From: Bacteroidota bacterium
GTDB lineage: Bacteria; Bacteroidota; Bacteroidia; Flavobacteriales; Flavobacteriaceae
DNA length: 64,000 nt
Reading direction: 5' to 3'
Assembly (NCBI GenBank): GCA_031384845.1
Contig: JANNBA010000038.1
Span: 1,376 to 65,375, forward strand
This document shows, piece by piece, positions 1 to 10,100 of this stretch (positions within the stretch are counted from its first letter, which is position 1; each line of letters opens with the position of its first letter). The position numbers and the translations under genes were made by a program. Below the pieces are notes generated by a model. The model did not search any database. It was not told the origin of the DNA and saw nothing but the letters and a program-made list of their open reading frames with translations.

Positions 1-961
1 CTGTAGAGCCTAGTTTGGTTTTGGTTTGTGATTCAAATACGGGCTCCATAACTTTGATACTCACAGCGCTTACGATAGATTTTCGAATGTCTGATGGTTC
101 AAATCCTTTGTTATAGAACTCGCGAATTGTTTTTACGATGGCTTCGCGAAAGGCAAGCAGGTGGGTGCCGCCTTGTGTGGTATTTTGTCCGTTTACAAAG
201 GAGTGGTATTCTTCGCTATATTGTGATTTTGAGTGTGTTATGGCTACTTCTATATCTTCGCCAAGGAGGTGAATGATGGGATATACTTTGTCTTCTTCGG
301 CAATGTTTTCGTCTAAAAGATCTCGGAGTCCGTTGTCTGAATAAAATTTTTCGCCGTTATAGATTATGGTTAATCCGGTGTTGAGATAGCAATAGTTTTT
401 GAGCATTTTGATTACATATTCGTTTCGGAATTTGTAATTTTTGAAAATGGCTTCGTCTGGAACAAAGGTTACTTTGGTTCCTTTCCTTTTGGTTGATTCT
501 GTAATTTCTTCTTCGAGAATAAGGTTTCCGGCAGAAAATTCGGCGGCTTTTTGTTTGTCGTCTCGAACAGATTCTACTCTAAAGTGATAGGAAAGTGCAT
601 TGACGGCTTTGGTTCCTACGCCGTTAAGACCTACAGATTTTTTGAATGCGAGTGAGTCATATTTTCCTCCGGTGTTCATTTTTGAGACTACATCTACAAC
701 TTTCCCAAGGGGGATTCCGCGGCCGTAATCGCGTACGGTTACGGTTTTGTCTTTGATGGTTACTTCTATAGTTTTGCCAGAGCCCATGACAAACTCGTCT
801 ATACAGTTGTCGATAACTTCTTTGAGCAGTATATATATTCCGTCATCTACAGAGGAGCCGTCACCAAGTTTTCCGATATACATTCCGGGGCGCAGGCGTA
901 TGTGCTCTTTCCAGTCTAAAGACTTGATATTGTCTTCGTTGTATTGATTTTGTTCGCTCAT
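1..961 (-). CDS. parE: DNA topoisomerase IV subunit B (type IIA topoisomerase B subunit), N-terminal ~320 codons; the 3' end runs off the window
   Basis: The minus-strand frame is open from the window edge to an ATG (959-961 on +). The translation [35 protein letters not shown]...EVIDNCIDE...GRGIP...[14 protein letters not shown] is a GHKL ATPase N-terminus. The [14 protein letters not shown] start is the Bacteroidota ParE type rather than GyrB. It is absent from the ORF track because there is no in-window stop. Confidence 0.8.
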   Translation of the reverse strand, partial: MSEQNQYNEDNIKSLDWKEHIRLRPGMYIGKLGDGSSVDDGIYILLKEVIDNCIDEFVMGSGKTIEVTIKDKTVTVRDYGRGIPLGKVVDVVSKMNTGGKYDSLAFKKSVGLNGVGTKAVNALSYHFRVESVRDDKQKAAEFSAGNLILEEEITESTKRKGTKVTFVPDEAIFKNYKFRNEYVIKMLKNYCYLNTGLTIIYNGEKFYSDNGLRDLLDENIAEEDKVYPIIHLLGEDIEVAITHSKSQYSEEYHSFVNGQNTTQGGTHLLAFREAIVKTIREFYNKGFEPSDIRKSIVSAVSIKVMEPVFESQTKTKLGST

Positions 962-989
962 TTTATTGATTGATGCCGTTTTTCTTGTG

Positions 990-1226
990 TTAAATGCTCA
1001 TTCTAAAATTTTCTAAAACGGGGCTTGCTTTCCCGTAATCGATTTCTTGAATAAAGATTTCTACGGCTAAATCTGCGTTGCCAAATCCGCCTAATCGGGC
1101 AGATTGGATGTTGTTTTTGAGCATTGTATTGATGTTATTGTCTTCTAGTAGCTTTTGTAAGGCCATTGCCAAAACTTCGCTACCCGAAAATATTTTTATA
1201 AGTCCCATTGATTTTGTTTGGTTCAA
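990..1226 (-). CDS. DUF2007-like small protein (putative signal-transducing family)
   Basis: 78-aa ORF. The segment [23 protein letters not shown]...[20 protein letters not shown] resembles DUF2007 proteins of Flavobacteria. The start may be the internal Met at 1208. Confidence 0.55.
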   Translation of the reverse strand: MNQTKSMGLIKIFSGSEVLAMALQKLLEDNNINTMLKNNIQSARLGGFGNADLAVEIFIQEIDYGKASPVLENFRMSI

Positions 1227-1483
1227 ATTTAGTTATTTTTTTTGATAGTTTTAATCTCAAAATTTATTTTAAATACAAAATTTTGGTTGTTGTAGTTTCA
1301 TTTGTGTTTTGCACTCATTTTTGGTATTTTTCCAGAAATGTTGTCTTCAAATTTAGTAATGAAAAATTTTGCAATCTGTATTTTTTAACTTGTTTTGAAA
1401 CAGCGTTTTAGACACTAACTGTCATTTTTTTGTGAGAAATTTTTTCATATTAGCAATTAATGAAATAATTAAGGTCTTTTCTA

Positions 1484-1936
1484 TTATTTTAATTTTACAC
1501 TCCACTCAAAATCCATTTCTGACACTTGAATACCGTCTTGATTGGTGCCAATAGATTTCATCCAGCAGGTTTGTCCTTCGCCGGTAGCGATTGTTTGTTG
1601 AATGGCTTGCGCTATTTTTTGACCATCAAGACAAACAAAATTGATGCGCCCTGTAGCTTTTTTAGAAAAATTACTTTTGCTGTTTCCTACCAACATTGAA
1701 ATTTTCTGACCCGATTTGTGTATTTCATTTATTGTCATAGCTCCAGTTGATAATTCTGCGGCCATTGCTTGCACCGCAAAATACATCGAATTAAATGGGT
1801 TTTGATTGATCCACCTGTGCTTTACAGAAACCACACATTGTTGATTATCAATAGATTGAACCCTAACACCACACCAAAATGCGGATGGCAATTTGAAAAA
1901 TAAAAATCGATTTAGTTTAGAAACAGAAATACTCAT
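1484..1936 (-). CDS. DUF4442 / hotdog-fold thioesterase-like protein
   Basis: ORF 1484-1978, with the likely start at the MSISVSKLNRF Met (1936). The motif FNSMYFAVQAMAAELSTG is typical of DUF4442. Confidence 0.6.
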   Translation of the reverse strand: MSISVSKLNRFLFFKLPSAFWCGVRVQSIDNQQCVVSVKHRWINQNPFNSMYFAVQAMAAELSTGAMTINEIHKSGQKISMLVGNSKSNFSKKATGRINFVCLDGQKIAQAIQQTIATGEGQTCWMKSIGTNQDGIQVSEMDFEWSVKLK

Positions 1937-2047
1937 AGTTTTTTTTGGAAAATTAATACTTATATATGTAATATGCAAATTGGCAATAAAAGTTAATTTT
2001 ATGTTAATATTTAGTATTATGTATTACACAATACCTTTTAAAAGATA

Positions 2048-2055
2048 TATATTTG
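2048..2055 (+). promoter_or_regulatory. Candidate Bacteroidota -7 box (TATATTTG) for the padR-pspC operon
   Basis: Matches TAnnTTTG about 48 nt upstream of the ATG at 2103. Confidence 0.35.
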
Positions 2056-2102
2056 CATTAGATATTACTATTGGTATTTTTTAACCTTTTAAAAATGCAA
2101 AA

Positions 2103-2441
2103 ATGAACATTGAAAACACGAAGGCTCAAATGCGAAAAGGCGTTTTGGAGTTTTGTATATTGTCTGTCTTGAAACAGCAAGATGCTTATACTTCTGAAAT
2201 TTTAGACACGCTCAAAACCGCAAAATTGTTGGTTGTAGAAGGTACGGTATATCCGCTGCTTACTCGCCTAAAAAATGACGGATTGCTTCACTATCGCTGG
2301 GAAGAATCTACATCGGGACCACCCCGAAAGTATTATGGATTGACTGTTATTGGTCAAACATTTCTAACAGAACTAGATAGCACTTGGGCAGAATTGTCAG
2401 ACGCAGTGCAACTTATAACCATTCAAAAAACAAACTCATGA
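2103..2441 (+). CDS. PadR family transcriptional regulator
   Basis: 112 aa. The winged-helix PadR signature GVLEFCILSVL...YPLLTRLKNDGLL...PRKYYGLT is present. Confidence 0.85.
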   Translation: MNIENTKAQMRKGVLEFCILSVLKQQDAYTSEILDTLKTAKLLVVEGTVYPLLTRLKNDGLLHYRWEESTSGPPRKYYGLTVIGQTFLTELDSTWAELSDAVQLITIQKTNS

Positions 2442-4132
2442 ACAAGACAGTAAACATCAATTTAGGCGGCATGTTTTTTTATATAGACGAAGATGCGTAC
2501 CAAAAACTTTCTCGGTATTTTGAAGCTATAAAACGCTCTTTGACTAATGCGAATAGCCAAGATGAGATTATCAACGACATCGAAAGTCGCATTGCGGAGC
2601 TTATAAATGAAAAGCATAGCAACCCAAAACAAGTGATTAGCATCAAAGAAATAGACGATGTAATTGTTATTATGGGGCAGCCCGAAGATTATCGAATTGA
2701 AGGTGACGATGCCTCTGACAATGCGTTTCAGCATGAAAACTCGGCAAATTTCAAAACAAAAAAATTATATCGTGACAAAGATGGAGCAGCAATTGGTGGT
2801 GTTTTGTCTGGATTGGGTTATTATTTTGGTATCGATAGAACCGTTTTAAGATTTTTGGCTCTTGTGCTTTTATTGGTTTTTGGCGTAGGCGTTTTGATGT
2901 ATGTAATCCTTTGGATAGTGATGCCTGTTGCAGTTACTACATCTGAAAAATTAGAAATGAGAGGCGAACCAGTTACTATTTCAAACATCGAAAAAAAAGT
3001 TAGACAAGAGTTTGATAATGTAGCGCATAGCATCAAAAACACCAATTTTGACGAAATTGGCAATCGGGTAAAATCAAATTCTACCAAGTTTGGAAGTTCA
3101 TTTGGCGATGTTTTGGTACAATTATTTATGGTTTTTGTCAAATTGTTAGGCGGATTTATCATTTTGGTTACGTTTCCAGTGATTATAATATTATTCATAG
3201 GAATTTTTACATTAGGAACCACATCATATATCAATTTCCCGTGGACTAGATTTGTAGAAGCCGCAAATTTTGCCAATATTCCAGCTTGGAGCTATGGCAT
3301 ACTCATTTTTATTGCTATTGGAATTCCGTTCTTTTTGATGCTATTGTTAGGTTTTAGATTGCTTGTACCAACGATGAAATCATTAGGAAGTGTTGCCAAA
3401 TATACCCTTTTGGCAATTTGGTTGATTGCAATTGCGGCTTTAATTGGGCTAGGTATCAATCAAGTATCGGCTTTTTCTCAATCAGGAAAAACCACACAGA
3501 AACAAATCATCAATTTGAAACCAACAGATACATTGTTTGTCAAATTTCGTTTTAACGACTTTTATTCAAAAAATCTGACCGAGCACGAAAATTTCAACAT
3601 CACACAAGACGCCAACAACCGTGAAGTAATCTACTCTAACGAAATTCAATTTTTTGTAGAAAAAACCGAACAAGAAATGCCTTATTTTGTCATCAACAAA
3701 ACCGCAAAAGGCAGCACCCTTTTTGAATCAAAAAAAATGTCAGAAAAAATTAATTATGGTTTTGAAATTCAAAATAATACCCTACTTTTGGATAACTATT
3801 GGTTGACAGATTTGAACAACAAATTTAGAGATCAAGAAGTAGAAATTATTTTATACCTGCCAAAAAACACCCTTTTCAAAGCCGATGAAAGCGTTCAAGA
3901 GTTTGACCAATCCAACAACGACTTTTTCAATCTACATTACAGCTCTGGCGATTATACCTATAGAGTTGGCGATTTGCAAATCAAGTGCGAAAATTGTCCA
4001 GAAAACGAGAATGAATACGGCGATGTTGGGTTGGATAGCGACAGCACCCAAACCACGATTTCAATAAAACACCGCAACCACAAAGAACAAAACAACCATC
4101 ATCGCATCAACCAACAAAGACATAAACCTTAA
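2438..4132 (+). CDS. PspC domain-containing membrane protein with a DUF1700-like N-terminus
   Basis: The ATG at 2438 overlaps the padR stop (ATGA). The PspC motif is KLYRDKDGAAIGGVLSGLGYYFGIDRTVLRFLALVLL. Multiple TM segments are followed by a beta-rich C-terminal region. Confidence 0.8.
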   Translation: MNKTVNINLGGMFFYIDEDAYQKLSRYFEAIKRSLTNANSQDEIINDIESRIAELINEKHSNPKQVISIKEIDDVIVIMGQPEDYRIEGDDASDNAFQHENSANFKTKKLYRDKDGAAIGGVLSGLGYYFGIDRTVLRFLALVLLLVFGVGVLMYVILWIVMPVAVTTSEKLEMRGEPVTISNIEKKVRQEFDNVAHSIKNTNFDEIGNRVKSNSTKFGSSFGDVLVQLFMVFVKLLGGFIILVTFPVIIILFIGIFTLGTTSYINFPWTRFVEAANFANIPAWSYGILIFIAIGIPFFLMLLLGFRLLVPTMKSLGSVAKYTLLAIWLIAIAALIGLGINQVSAFSQSGKTTQKQIINLKPTDTLFVKFRFNDFYSKNLTEHENFNITQDANNREVIYSNEIQFFVEKTEQEMPYFVINKTAKGSTLFESKKMSEKINYGFEIQNNTLLLDNYWLTDLNNKFRDQEVEIILYLPKNTLFKADESVQEFDQSNNDFFNLHYSSGDYTYRVGDLQIKCENCPENENEYGDVGLDSDSTQTTISIKHRNHKEQNNHHRINQQRHKP

Positions 4133-4143
4133 AACCATTAGCC

Positions 4144-4887
4144 ATGATCAAAACCATTATGTATCTCACCAAAGTGCTTATTGCAAGTATTATTGCGCTC
4201 TTTTTTGCTTCGTGCAAAATGTCTTATAACGACTATGAAACCAAAACAAAAGGCAACGGGAACGTCAGCACGCAAAATCGAACAATCACCTCTGATTTTC
4301 AAAAAATTGAAGTCGGAAACGGCATCGAAGCCGTTATTTCGCAATCAGAAAATAAATCTATCAGCGTAGAAACAGACGAGAATTTGCAAGAAATAATACG
4401 CACACAAATAGAAGATGGCGTTCTCAAAATTTCGGCAGCAAGTGGATATTCTGCCTCCAAATCTCCAAAAGTAAGGGTACATTTGCCTGTAATATCTGGA
4501 TTGACCACCTCCAGTGGTGCCAATCTAAAATGCGATAATACGCTTATTGTCAAAGACATAATCATAAAATCTAGTAGCGGTAGCGAAATGACAATTCAGA
4601 TTGAAGCCAACGATATGAGCATAAGTGCATCAAGTGGAAGCAGTAGCACGATTAGCGGAAAAGCACAAAAATTAAGCACAGACACTTCTAGCGGCAGCGA
4701 CCTAAATTGCAAAAATCTAATGGCAAACGCAGTCGTTTCAGAAGCCAGTAGCGGAAGCACAACCAAGGTAACGCCAATTGAGTCGCTCGAAGCAAAAGCA
4801 TCTAGCGGTGCCGCAATAGATTATTTCAAAAAACCAAAAACCATTTTTATAAAAGAAAGCTCCGGCGGAAGCATCTCGGCACAATAA
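4144..4887 (+). CDS. DUF2807 / head GIN domain lipoprotein (beta-helical, adhesin-head-like)
   Basis: Lipoprotein signal (LFFASC). Repeated SSGS/SSGA beta-helix rungs are typical of DUF2807/DUF4097-type proteins. Confidence 0.7.
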   Translation: MIKTIMYLTKVLIASIIALFFASCKMSYNDYETKTKGNGNVSTQNRTITSDFQKIEVGNGIEAVISQSENKSISVETDENLQEIIRTQIEDGVLKISAASGYSASKSPKVRVHLPVISGLTTSSGANLKCDNTLIVKDIIIKSSSGSEMTIQIEANDMSISASSGSSSTISGKAQKLSTDTSSGSDLNCKNLMANAVVSEASSGSTTKVTPIESLEAKASSGAAIDYFKKPKTIFIKESSGGSISAQ

Positions 4888-4903
4888 AAAATAAAAATAC
4901 TTT

Positions 4904-4932
4904 AAAAAACGCTGCAATTTGTAGCGTTTTTT
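4904..4932 (+). terminator. Rho-independent terminator candidate after the DUF2807 gene
   Basis: The sequence aaaaaacgct-gcaatttgt-agcgtttttt has a short GC stem extended by A/T pairs and is followed by a T run. Confidence 0.45.
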
Positions 4933-4940
4933 TATATTTG
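4933..4940 (+). promoter_or_regulatory. Candidate -7 box (TATATTTG)
   Basis: TAnnTTTG lies 22 nt upstream of the ATG at 4962. Confidence 0.4.
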
Positions 4941-4961
4941 TAAAAAAACAAAGAAACTTTT

Positions 4962-5879
4962 ATGTTACCGATACACCTTCAAAACGAAACATCAAAATTA
5001 GTAGCCGTAGTGCTTGGAATCGCAAACAGCAATGGCCCAACACCAACTGCCGAAGAAGCTTATGACCCAAAATCGCTCGAACACATTTTGGCCGGTACCT
5101 ATCCGATAGAAACCGATATGATAGCCGAAATGAACGCTTTTTTGGAAGTTTTTGAAAAATATAACGTAAAAGTATATCGCCCCAGCCTGATCCAAAACTA
5201 CAACCAAATATTCACACGAGACATTGGATTTGTCATAGAAGACACCTTTGTCAAAGCCAATATATTGCCAGAGCGAGAGCACGAATTAGACGCCATACAA
5301 TACATCATAGACCAGATAGATCCAAAAAAAGTAGTGAGACCACCTGCCGAAGCACATATTGAAGGCGGAGATGTCATGCTCTGGAACGACTACATATTTA
5401 TTGGCACCTACAAAGGCAGCGACTACAAAGACTATATCACCGCCAGAACAAATCTGCAAGGCGTAGCCTACATACAAAAGCTTTTTCCGAACAAAATCGT
5501 CAAAGCCTTTGACCTCGTAAAATCGAAAATCGAAGCCCACGACAATGCACTACACCTCGATTGCTGCTTTCAACCCATAGGCACAAACAAAGGAATCATC
5601 TACAAAAATGGCTTCAGAGAAGAAGCCGATTATATGTTTTTGGTCAACCTAATTGGTAAAGAAAACCTCTTTTATCTCAGCCGCGACGAGATGTATGACA
5701 TGAATTCAAACGTTTTTTCGATCTCGCCCGAAATTGTGGTAATCGAACAAAAATTTACTAGACTCCACCAATGGCTCGACCAAAACGGCTTTACCGTAGA
5801 GACCATTCCCTATGCCGAAATAGCCAAGCAAGAAGGCCTTTTGCGCTGCTCAACCCTACCCCTAATCCGCGAAAAATAA
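4962..5879 (+). CDS. Dimethylarginine dimethylaminohydrolase / amidinotransferase family protein
   Basis: 305 aa. Guanidino-group-modifying enzyme fold with a C-terminal catalytic Cys context (GLLRCSTLPL). Confidence 0.7.
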   Translation: MLPIHLQNETSKLVAVVLGIANSNGPTPTAEEAYDPKSLEHILAGTYPIETDMIAEMNAFLEVFEKYNVKVYRPSLIQNYNQIFTRDIGFVIEDTFVKANILPEREHELDAIQYIIDQIDPKKVVRPPAEAHIEGGDVMLWNDYIFIGTYKGSDYKDYITARTNLQGVAYIQKLFPNKIVKAFDLVKSKIEAHDNALHLDCCFQPIGTNKGIIYKNGFREEADYMFLVNLIGKENLFYLSRDEMYDMNSNVFSISPEIVVIEQKFTRLHQWLDQNGFTVETIPYAEIAKQEGLLRCSTLPLIREK

Positions 5880-5880
5880 C

Positions 5881-6822
5881 ATGATGAACCAAACCACAAA
5901 CAGCGTGTTGATGATACGCCCAGTAGCCTTTAGAATGAACGAGCAAACCGCCGTCAACAACTATTATCAAAAAGTGCTCGACAACCTATCGCCCGAAACC
6001 GTAAACACAAAAGCCCAACAAGAATTTGACACTTTTGTCAAAAAATTGCGCACCGTAGGCATAGACGTGACCGTAGTCGATGACACCCAAAGCCCAGATA
6101 CCCCAGATTCTGTTTTTCCAAACAATTGGATCTCCTTTCACGAAAATGGCGACGTCGTGTTATACCCCATGTTTGCCGAAAACCGCCGCCTCGAACGCCG
6201 CGAAGAAATACTCGACCTGCTCGAAGACAACGGCTTTCAAGTCAATGACATTATGGACTATACCTCGGCCGAAGAAGACCATTTTTATCTCGAAGGCACC
6301 GGAAGCATCATCCTAGATCGCGAAAACCAAAAAGCTTATTGCGCCCTGTCGCCACGTGCAGACGAAGAACTATTTATCGAATTTTGCGAAGATTTTGAAT
6401 ACGCACCCATCATATTCGAGGCCTATCAAACCATCAACAACGAGCGAAAACTCATTTATCATACCAACGTGATGATGAGCATCGGCGATACATTTGCGGT
6501 GATTTGTCCAGAAAGCATAGACGACAAAAAAGAACGAAAAATGGTCATCGACTCTCTCAAAGCCGACGGCAAAGAAATCATCAGCCTCACCGAAGCACAA
6601 ATCAACAACTTTGCTGGCAACATGCTCGAGCTCAAAGGCAGCAACGACCGCCGCTATCTGGTGATGAGCACCGCCGCACACCAAAGCCTCACCAAAAAAC
6701 AAATCGCACAAATAGAAGAGCACGTCACCATCATCAGCAGCAACCTTGACACCATCGAAGCCTGTGGTGGCGGAAGCGCACGCTGCATGATTGCAGAAAT
6801 ATTTTTGCCAAAAAACAACTAA
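5881..6822 (+). CDS. ctlX: Arginine deiminase-related / citrulline utilization hydrolase (CtlX-like)
   Basis: 313 aa. N-terminus VLMIRPVAFRMNEQTAVNNYYQ and C-terminal GGGSARCMIAEIF (catalytic Cys). Confidence 0.65.
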   Translation: MMNQTTNSVLMIRPVAFRMNEQTAVNNYYQKVLDNLSPETVNTKAQQEFDTFVKKLRTVGIDVTVVDDTQSPDTPDSVFPNNWISFHENGDVVLYPMFAENRRLERREEILDLLEDNGFQVNDIMDYTSAEEDHFYLEGTGSIILDRENQKAYCALSPRADEELFIEFCEDFEYAPIIFEAYQTINNERKLIYHTNVMMSIGDTFAVICPESIDDKKERKMVIDSLKADGKEIISLTEAQINNFAGNMLELKGSNDRRYLVMSTAAHQSLTKKQIAQIEEHVTIISSNLDTIEACGGGSARCMIAEIFLPKNN

Positions 6823-6836
6823 ATTTTTCTTTTTTT

Positions 6837-6955
6837 CGGGAGCACACCACCCTCTCTCGCACACCACCCGTCCCGCTTTTCGCTATATCTTTTTATTTTT
6901 TCTGAAAAAGAAAAAATAAAAAGGATGCCGCTGCAATCGGGGCTATTCTAGACTT
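6837..6955 (+). repeat. Family-1 GC-rich palindromic intergenic repeat, copy A
   Basis: The sequence is gcacaccaccc(x2)-gtcccgc-ttttcgctatatc-[A/T hairpin ctttttatttttt ctgaaaaag aaaaaataaaaag]-gatgccgctgcaatcggggctattctagac. It matches the copies at 22010, 34464, 36579 and 51491. Confidence 0.9.
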
Positions 6956-7166
6956 TTATACTTTTCAATACAAAAAATCTAGAGCATTCCGATAGCATAC
7001 AATACAATGAATAGCACAATAGCATCAATAGCAAATCATCAAACTGAAATTTGTCATTACTGTAGGAAAGTGCTCCCATTCTGCAAAGCGTTATTCAAAT
7101 TTAAAATCATGAAATAGAAACCATAAAATACCCCTTAACCTCATCAATCATAAACTGTAAAGCCTC

Positions 7167-10100
7167 CTATTTTCGCAAATAATATTTCATTTTTTTGACC
7201 AAGAAAAACATCACCGGAACCATAACAAGCGTCAAAACCGTAGCATACGTAAGTCCAAAAATAATAGTCCAAGCCAAAGGGCCCCAAAAAACAACGTTGT
7301 CGCCACCAATATACAAATGAGGATTTAAGTTAGTAACCAATCCAAAAAAGTCAAAATTCAAACCAATCGCCAGCGGAATAAGCCCCAAAACAGCCGTTAG
7401 TGCCGTCAGCAAAACAGGACGCAAACGTGATTTTCCAGATTTGATAATGACATCCTTTATTTCGTCAATAGAAAGGTCATCGTGGGATTTTTGGTTATTT
7501 TGACTCACTTTTGCATCCATCAAAAGCACAAAAAAGTCCATCAAAACGATCCCGTTTTTCACCACAATTCCAGACAATGCAATAATTCCCATCATGGTCA
7601 TCAAAATCACAAAATCCATGGAAGCAAATACATAGCCATAAAAAACACCCGAAAAACTCAACAAAACCGTGAACATAATCACCAATGTTTTTGAAATCGA
7701 GTTAAACTGCAACACAATAATAATCGTGATACTTGCCAGTGCCAAAAGCAAAGCCCCAAACAAAAAGCTCGAATCCTTTTTTTGCTGCTCCTGCTCGCCA
7801 GAAAAAGAATAGGTGATATCGCCAGCCATTTTATAATTGGAAGTTACCAAAGCATTTTCGATCTGCTTGCTTATTGCATCGCCATTAGCACCCGTCAAAA
7901 CATTAGAATATACCGTCATCACACGCTTTGAATTTTTGCGCTTGATTTGGTTAAAAGTATATTTTTTTTCGGTTGTAGCCAATGCAGATACCGGCACCTG
8001 AATAATCTGACCATTATTTTGGTTTCGAAAAGTAACCGGCTGATTGAATAAGACACTCTCGTTTTTGCGTTGATCTTCCTGCAATCGCATTACAATATCA
8101 TAATCGTCTTTGCCCTCCTTATATTTAGAAATTTCCTGTCCATAGATTGCTCTTCGCATCGTAAACCCAACTTGTCCTGTCGTGGCACCCAAGCTACCCG
8201 CATTTACTCGATCTATTTTCATTTCCAATTCTGGGGTTTCTTTATTAACATCGATATTCAATTTTTCGATGCCCGAAATGTTTTTCGAGTTTATAAAAGT
8301 AATCACCTTATTGGCCTCTACCAACATTTGATCATAATCTGTGCCCGAAAGTTGCAAACTAATTGGATATCCAGATGGCGGACCCGCATTGTCTTTTTCG
8401 ACCGTGATTTTCACGCCTGGAAACGCTTTTACTTTGGCTCTGATAGCCTCGATAATCAAGTTGGTATCAACACCTTTGCGGTAATTAAATTCTGTAAAAT
8501 TTACTGTCACTTTGCCTTTATACGGCGATTCAGATTGGTTTCCAGCATCAATATTTGGATTGCCAGCACCAGAGCCTACTTGCGAAACGATGCTTTCTGA
8601 CAAATAATTATCGTTGTTTTCGACATATTTTTTCATAATATCAATCACTTGCTTTTCTACAAAAAGAGTCGCATCATTGGTTTTTGAAATATCCGTTCCC
8701 TGCGGAAATTCAATGTAAACAATAGCTTGATTTGGAATATTATTTGGAAAAAATAATACGTTTCTTGGAAAAAACCCTAACAAAACGACTGAGAAAATCA
8801 ATAGAGCAACAATCAAAATCAAAGCCGAGACGGCTCTCTTGGTAGTAAGAATTTTTCCTAAAAAAACTTGGTATTTGTTTTCTAATTTTGGAAAAAAACT
8901 ATGCTGAAAATCCTGAGTCCATTTATAAATAAAAAAATGATACAACCACATAAACCCTAACGAAAGGATAATCAAATGCCCAATAGCTTTCATCCAAACG
9001 GTATTGGTCAAATTGCCCGGAATCGTGAACAACAATCCCGATACTACAAAAATAATTGTATATTTTTTGAGTGCTTTTTTACTAATATTTCTGTCTTCGG
9101 TGTCCATAAAACCACCAGTCATAGCGGCATTTATAATCATCGCCACAAACAGTGACGCACCCAATACGCAAGATAAAGTGATTGGAAAATAGATCATAAA
9201 TTTGCCCACAGTACCCGGCCACAATGCCAGCGGAATAAACGCTGCTAATGTGGTTGCTGTAGATGAAATCACAGGCCATGCAATCTCGCCAATCCCAATT
9301 TTTGACGCCTCAATTTTGTTCATTCCTTTGCGCATATTGGCAAAAACGTTGTCCACAACAACAATACCGTCATCTACCAATAGCCCCAATCCCATCACCA
9401 ATCCAAAAAGCACCATCGTATTGAGCGTAAAACCAAATGCAGACAAAATAGCAAAAGCCATCAACATAGAAAGCGGAATCGCAGCACCTACAAATAACGA
9501 ATTGCGCAAACCCATCGTAAACATGAGCACAATCATAACCAATATAATCCCAAAAATAATATGATTAGAAAGCTCGTTTACCTGATGCTCTACCCTACTC
9601 GATTGGTCGTTTGTCATTTTGATATCCAAATCTTTTGGGAGCACATTCTCTTGGGCTTTTTTTATAATTTCTTTCACTTGATTGATAGCCGAAATCATGT
9701 TTTGCCCTGCACGCTTCTTCACATTCAACATCACCACTTCTTGCCCACTTTCTCTAGCAAATGTCGTTTTTTCTTTTTCTTTGAAACTTACCGTAGCAAT
9801 ATCTTTAAGATACACATTTCCACCAAACGATTTGACAATAATGTTGTTTAAATCAGCAGGGTTCGATATTTCGCCAACAATTCTTATATTATTTCTAGAC
9901 CCTTGTGTTACCAAATTTCCCCCAGAAAGGGTCATATTTTCATATTTTACGGCATTTTGAATATCGTCAAAACCAACCTGCGCTGCGCTCATTTTAAAAA
10001 CATCGATTGCAATTTCGACCTCGCGATCATCAACACCCAAAATATCTACTTTTTTTACCTCCGAAACATTCTCTATCTCATCTTGCAAGTATTCGCCATA

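Noticed and set aside
1227-1483. A 257-bp AT-rich intergenic region (also 44601-44909 and 58897-59003) inspected for small RNAs or riboswitches.
   Set aside because: No conserved-looking stems, terminators or known motif signatures were visible. Only weak A/T hairpins typical of low-GC spacers were found.
6370-6867. 165-aa ORF antisense to the ctlX-like gene. There are similar long antisense ORFs at 8070-8600, 17254-17820, 18565-19119, 30337-30828 and 57771-58175.
   Set aside because: Each lies entirely within, and opposite to, a gene with strong family motifs. Their translations are low-complexity or compositionally odd (H/R/Q or F/I-rich). The strong A/C or T/G codon bias of the sense genes depletes stop codons on the complement, so long antisense frames are expected artefacts.
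6837-6955. GC-rich repeat elements considered as tRNA, rRNA fragments or tRNA-derived SINE-like elements.
   Set aside because: No cloverleaf, no GTTCRA T-loop box and no anticodon-stem geometry could be drawn. The only consistent structure is one long hairpin.
6992-7034. ATAGCA motif occurring four times within 43 bp downstream of repeat copy A.
   Set aside because: The motif is short, the spacing is irregular, it is not seen at the other repeat copies, and no associated gene is present. It is probably chance in an A-rich spacer.
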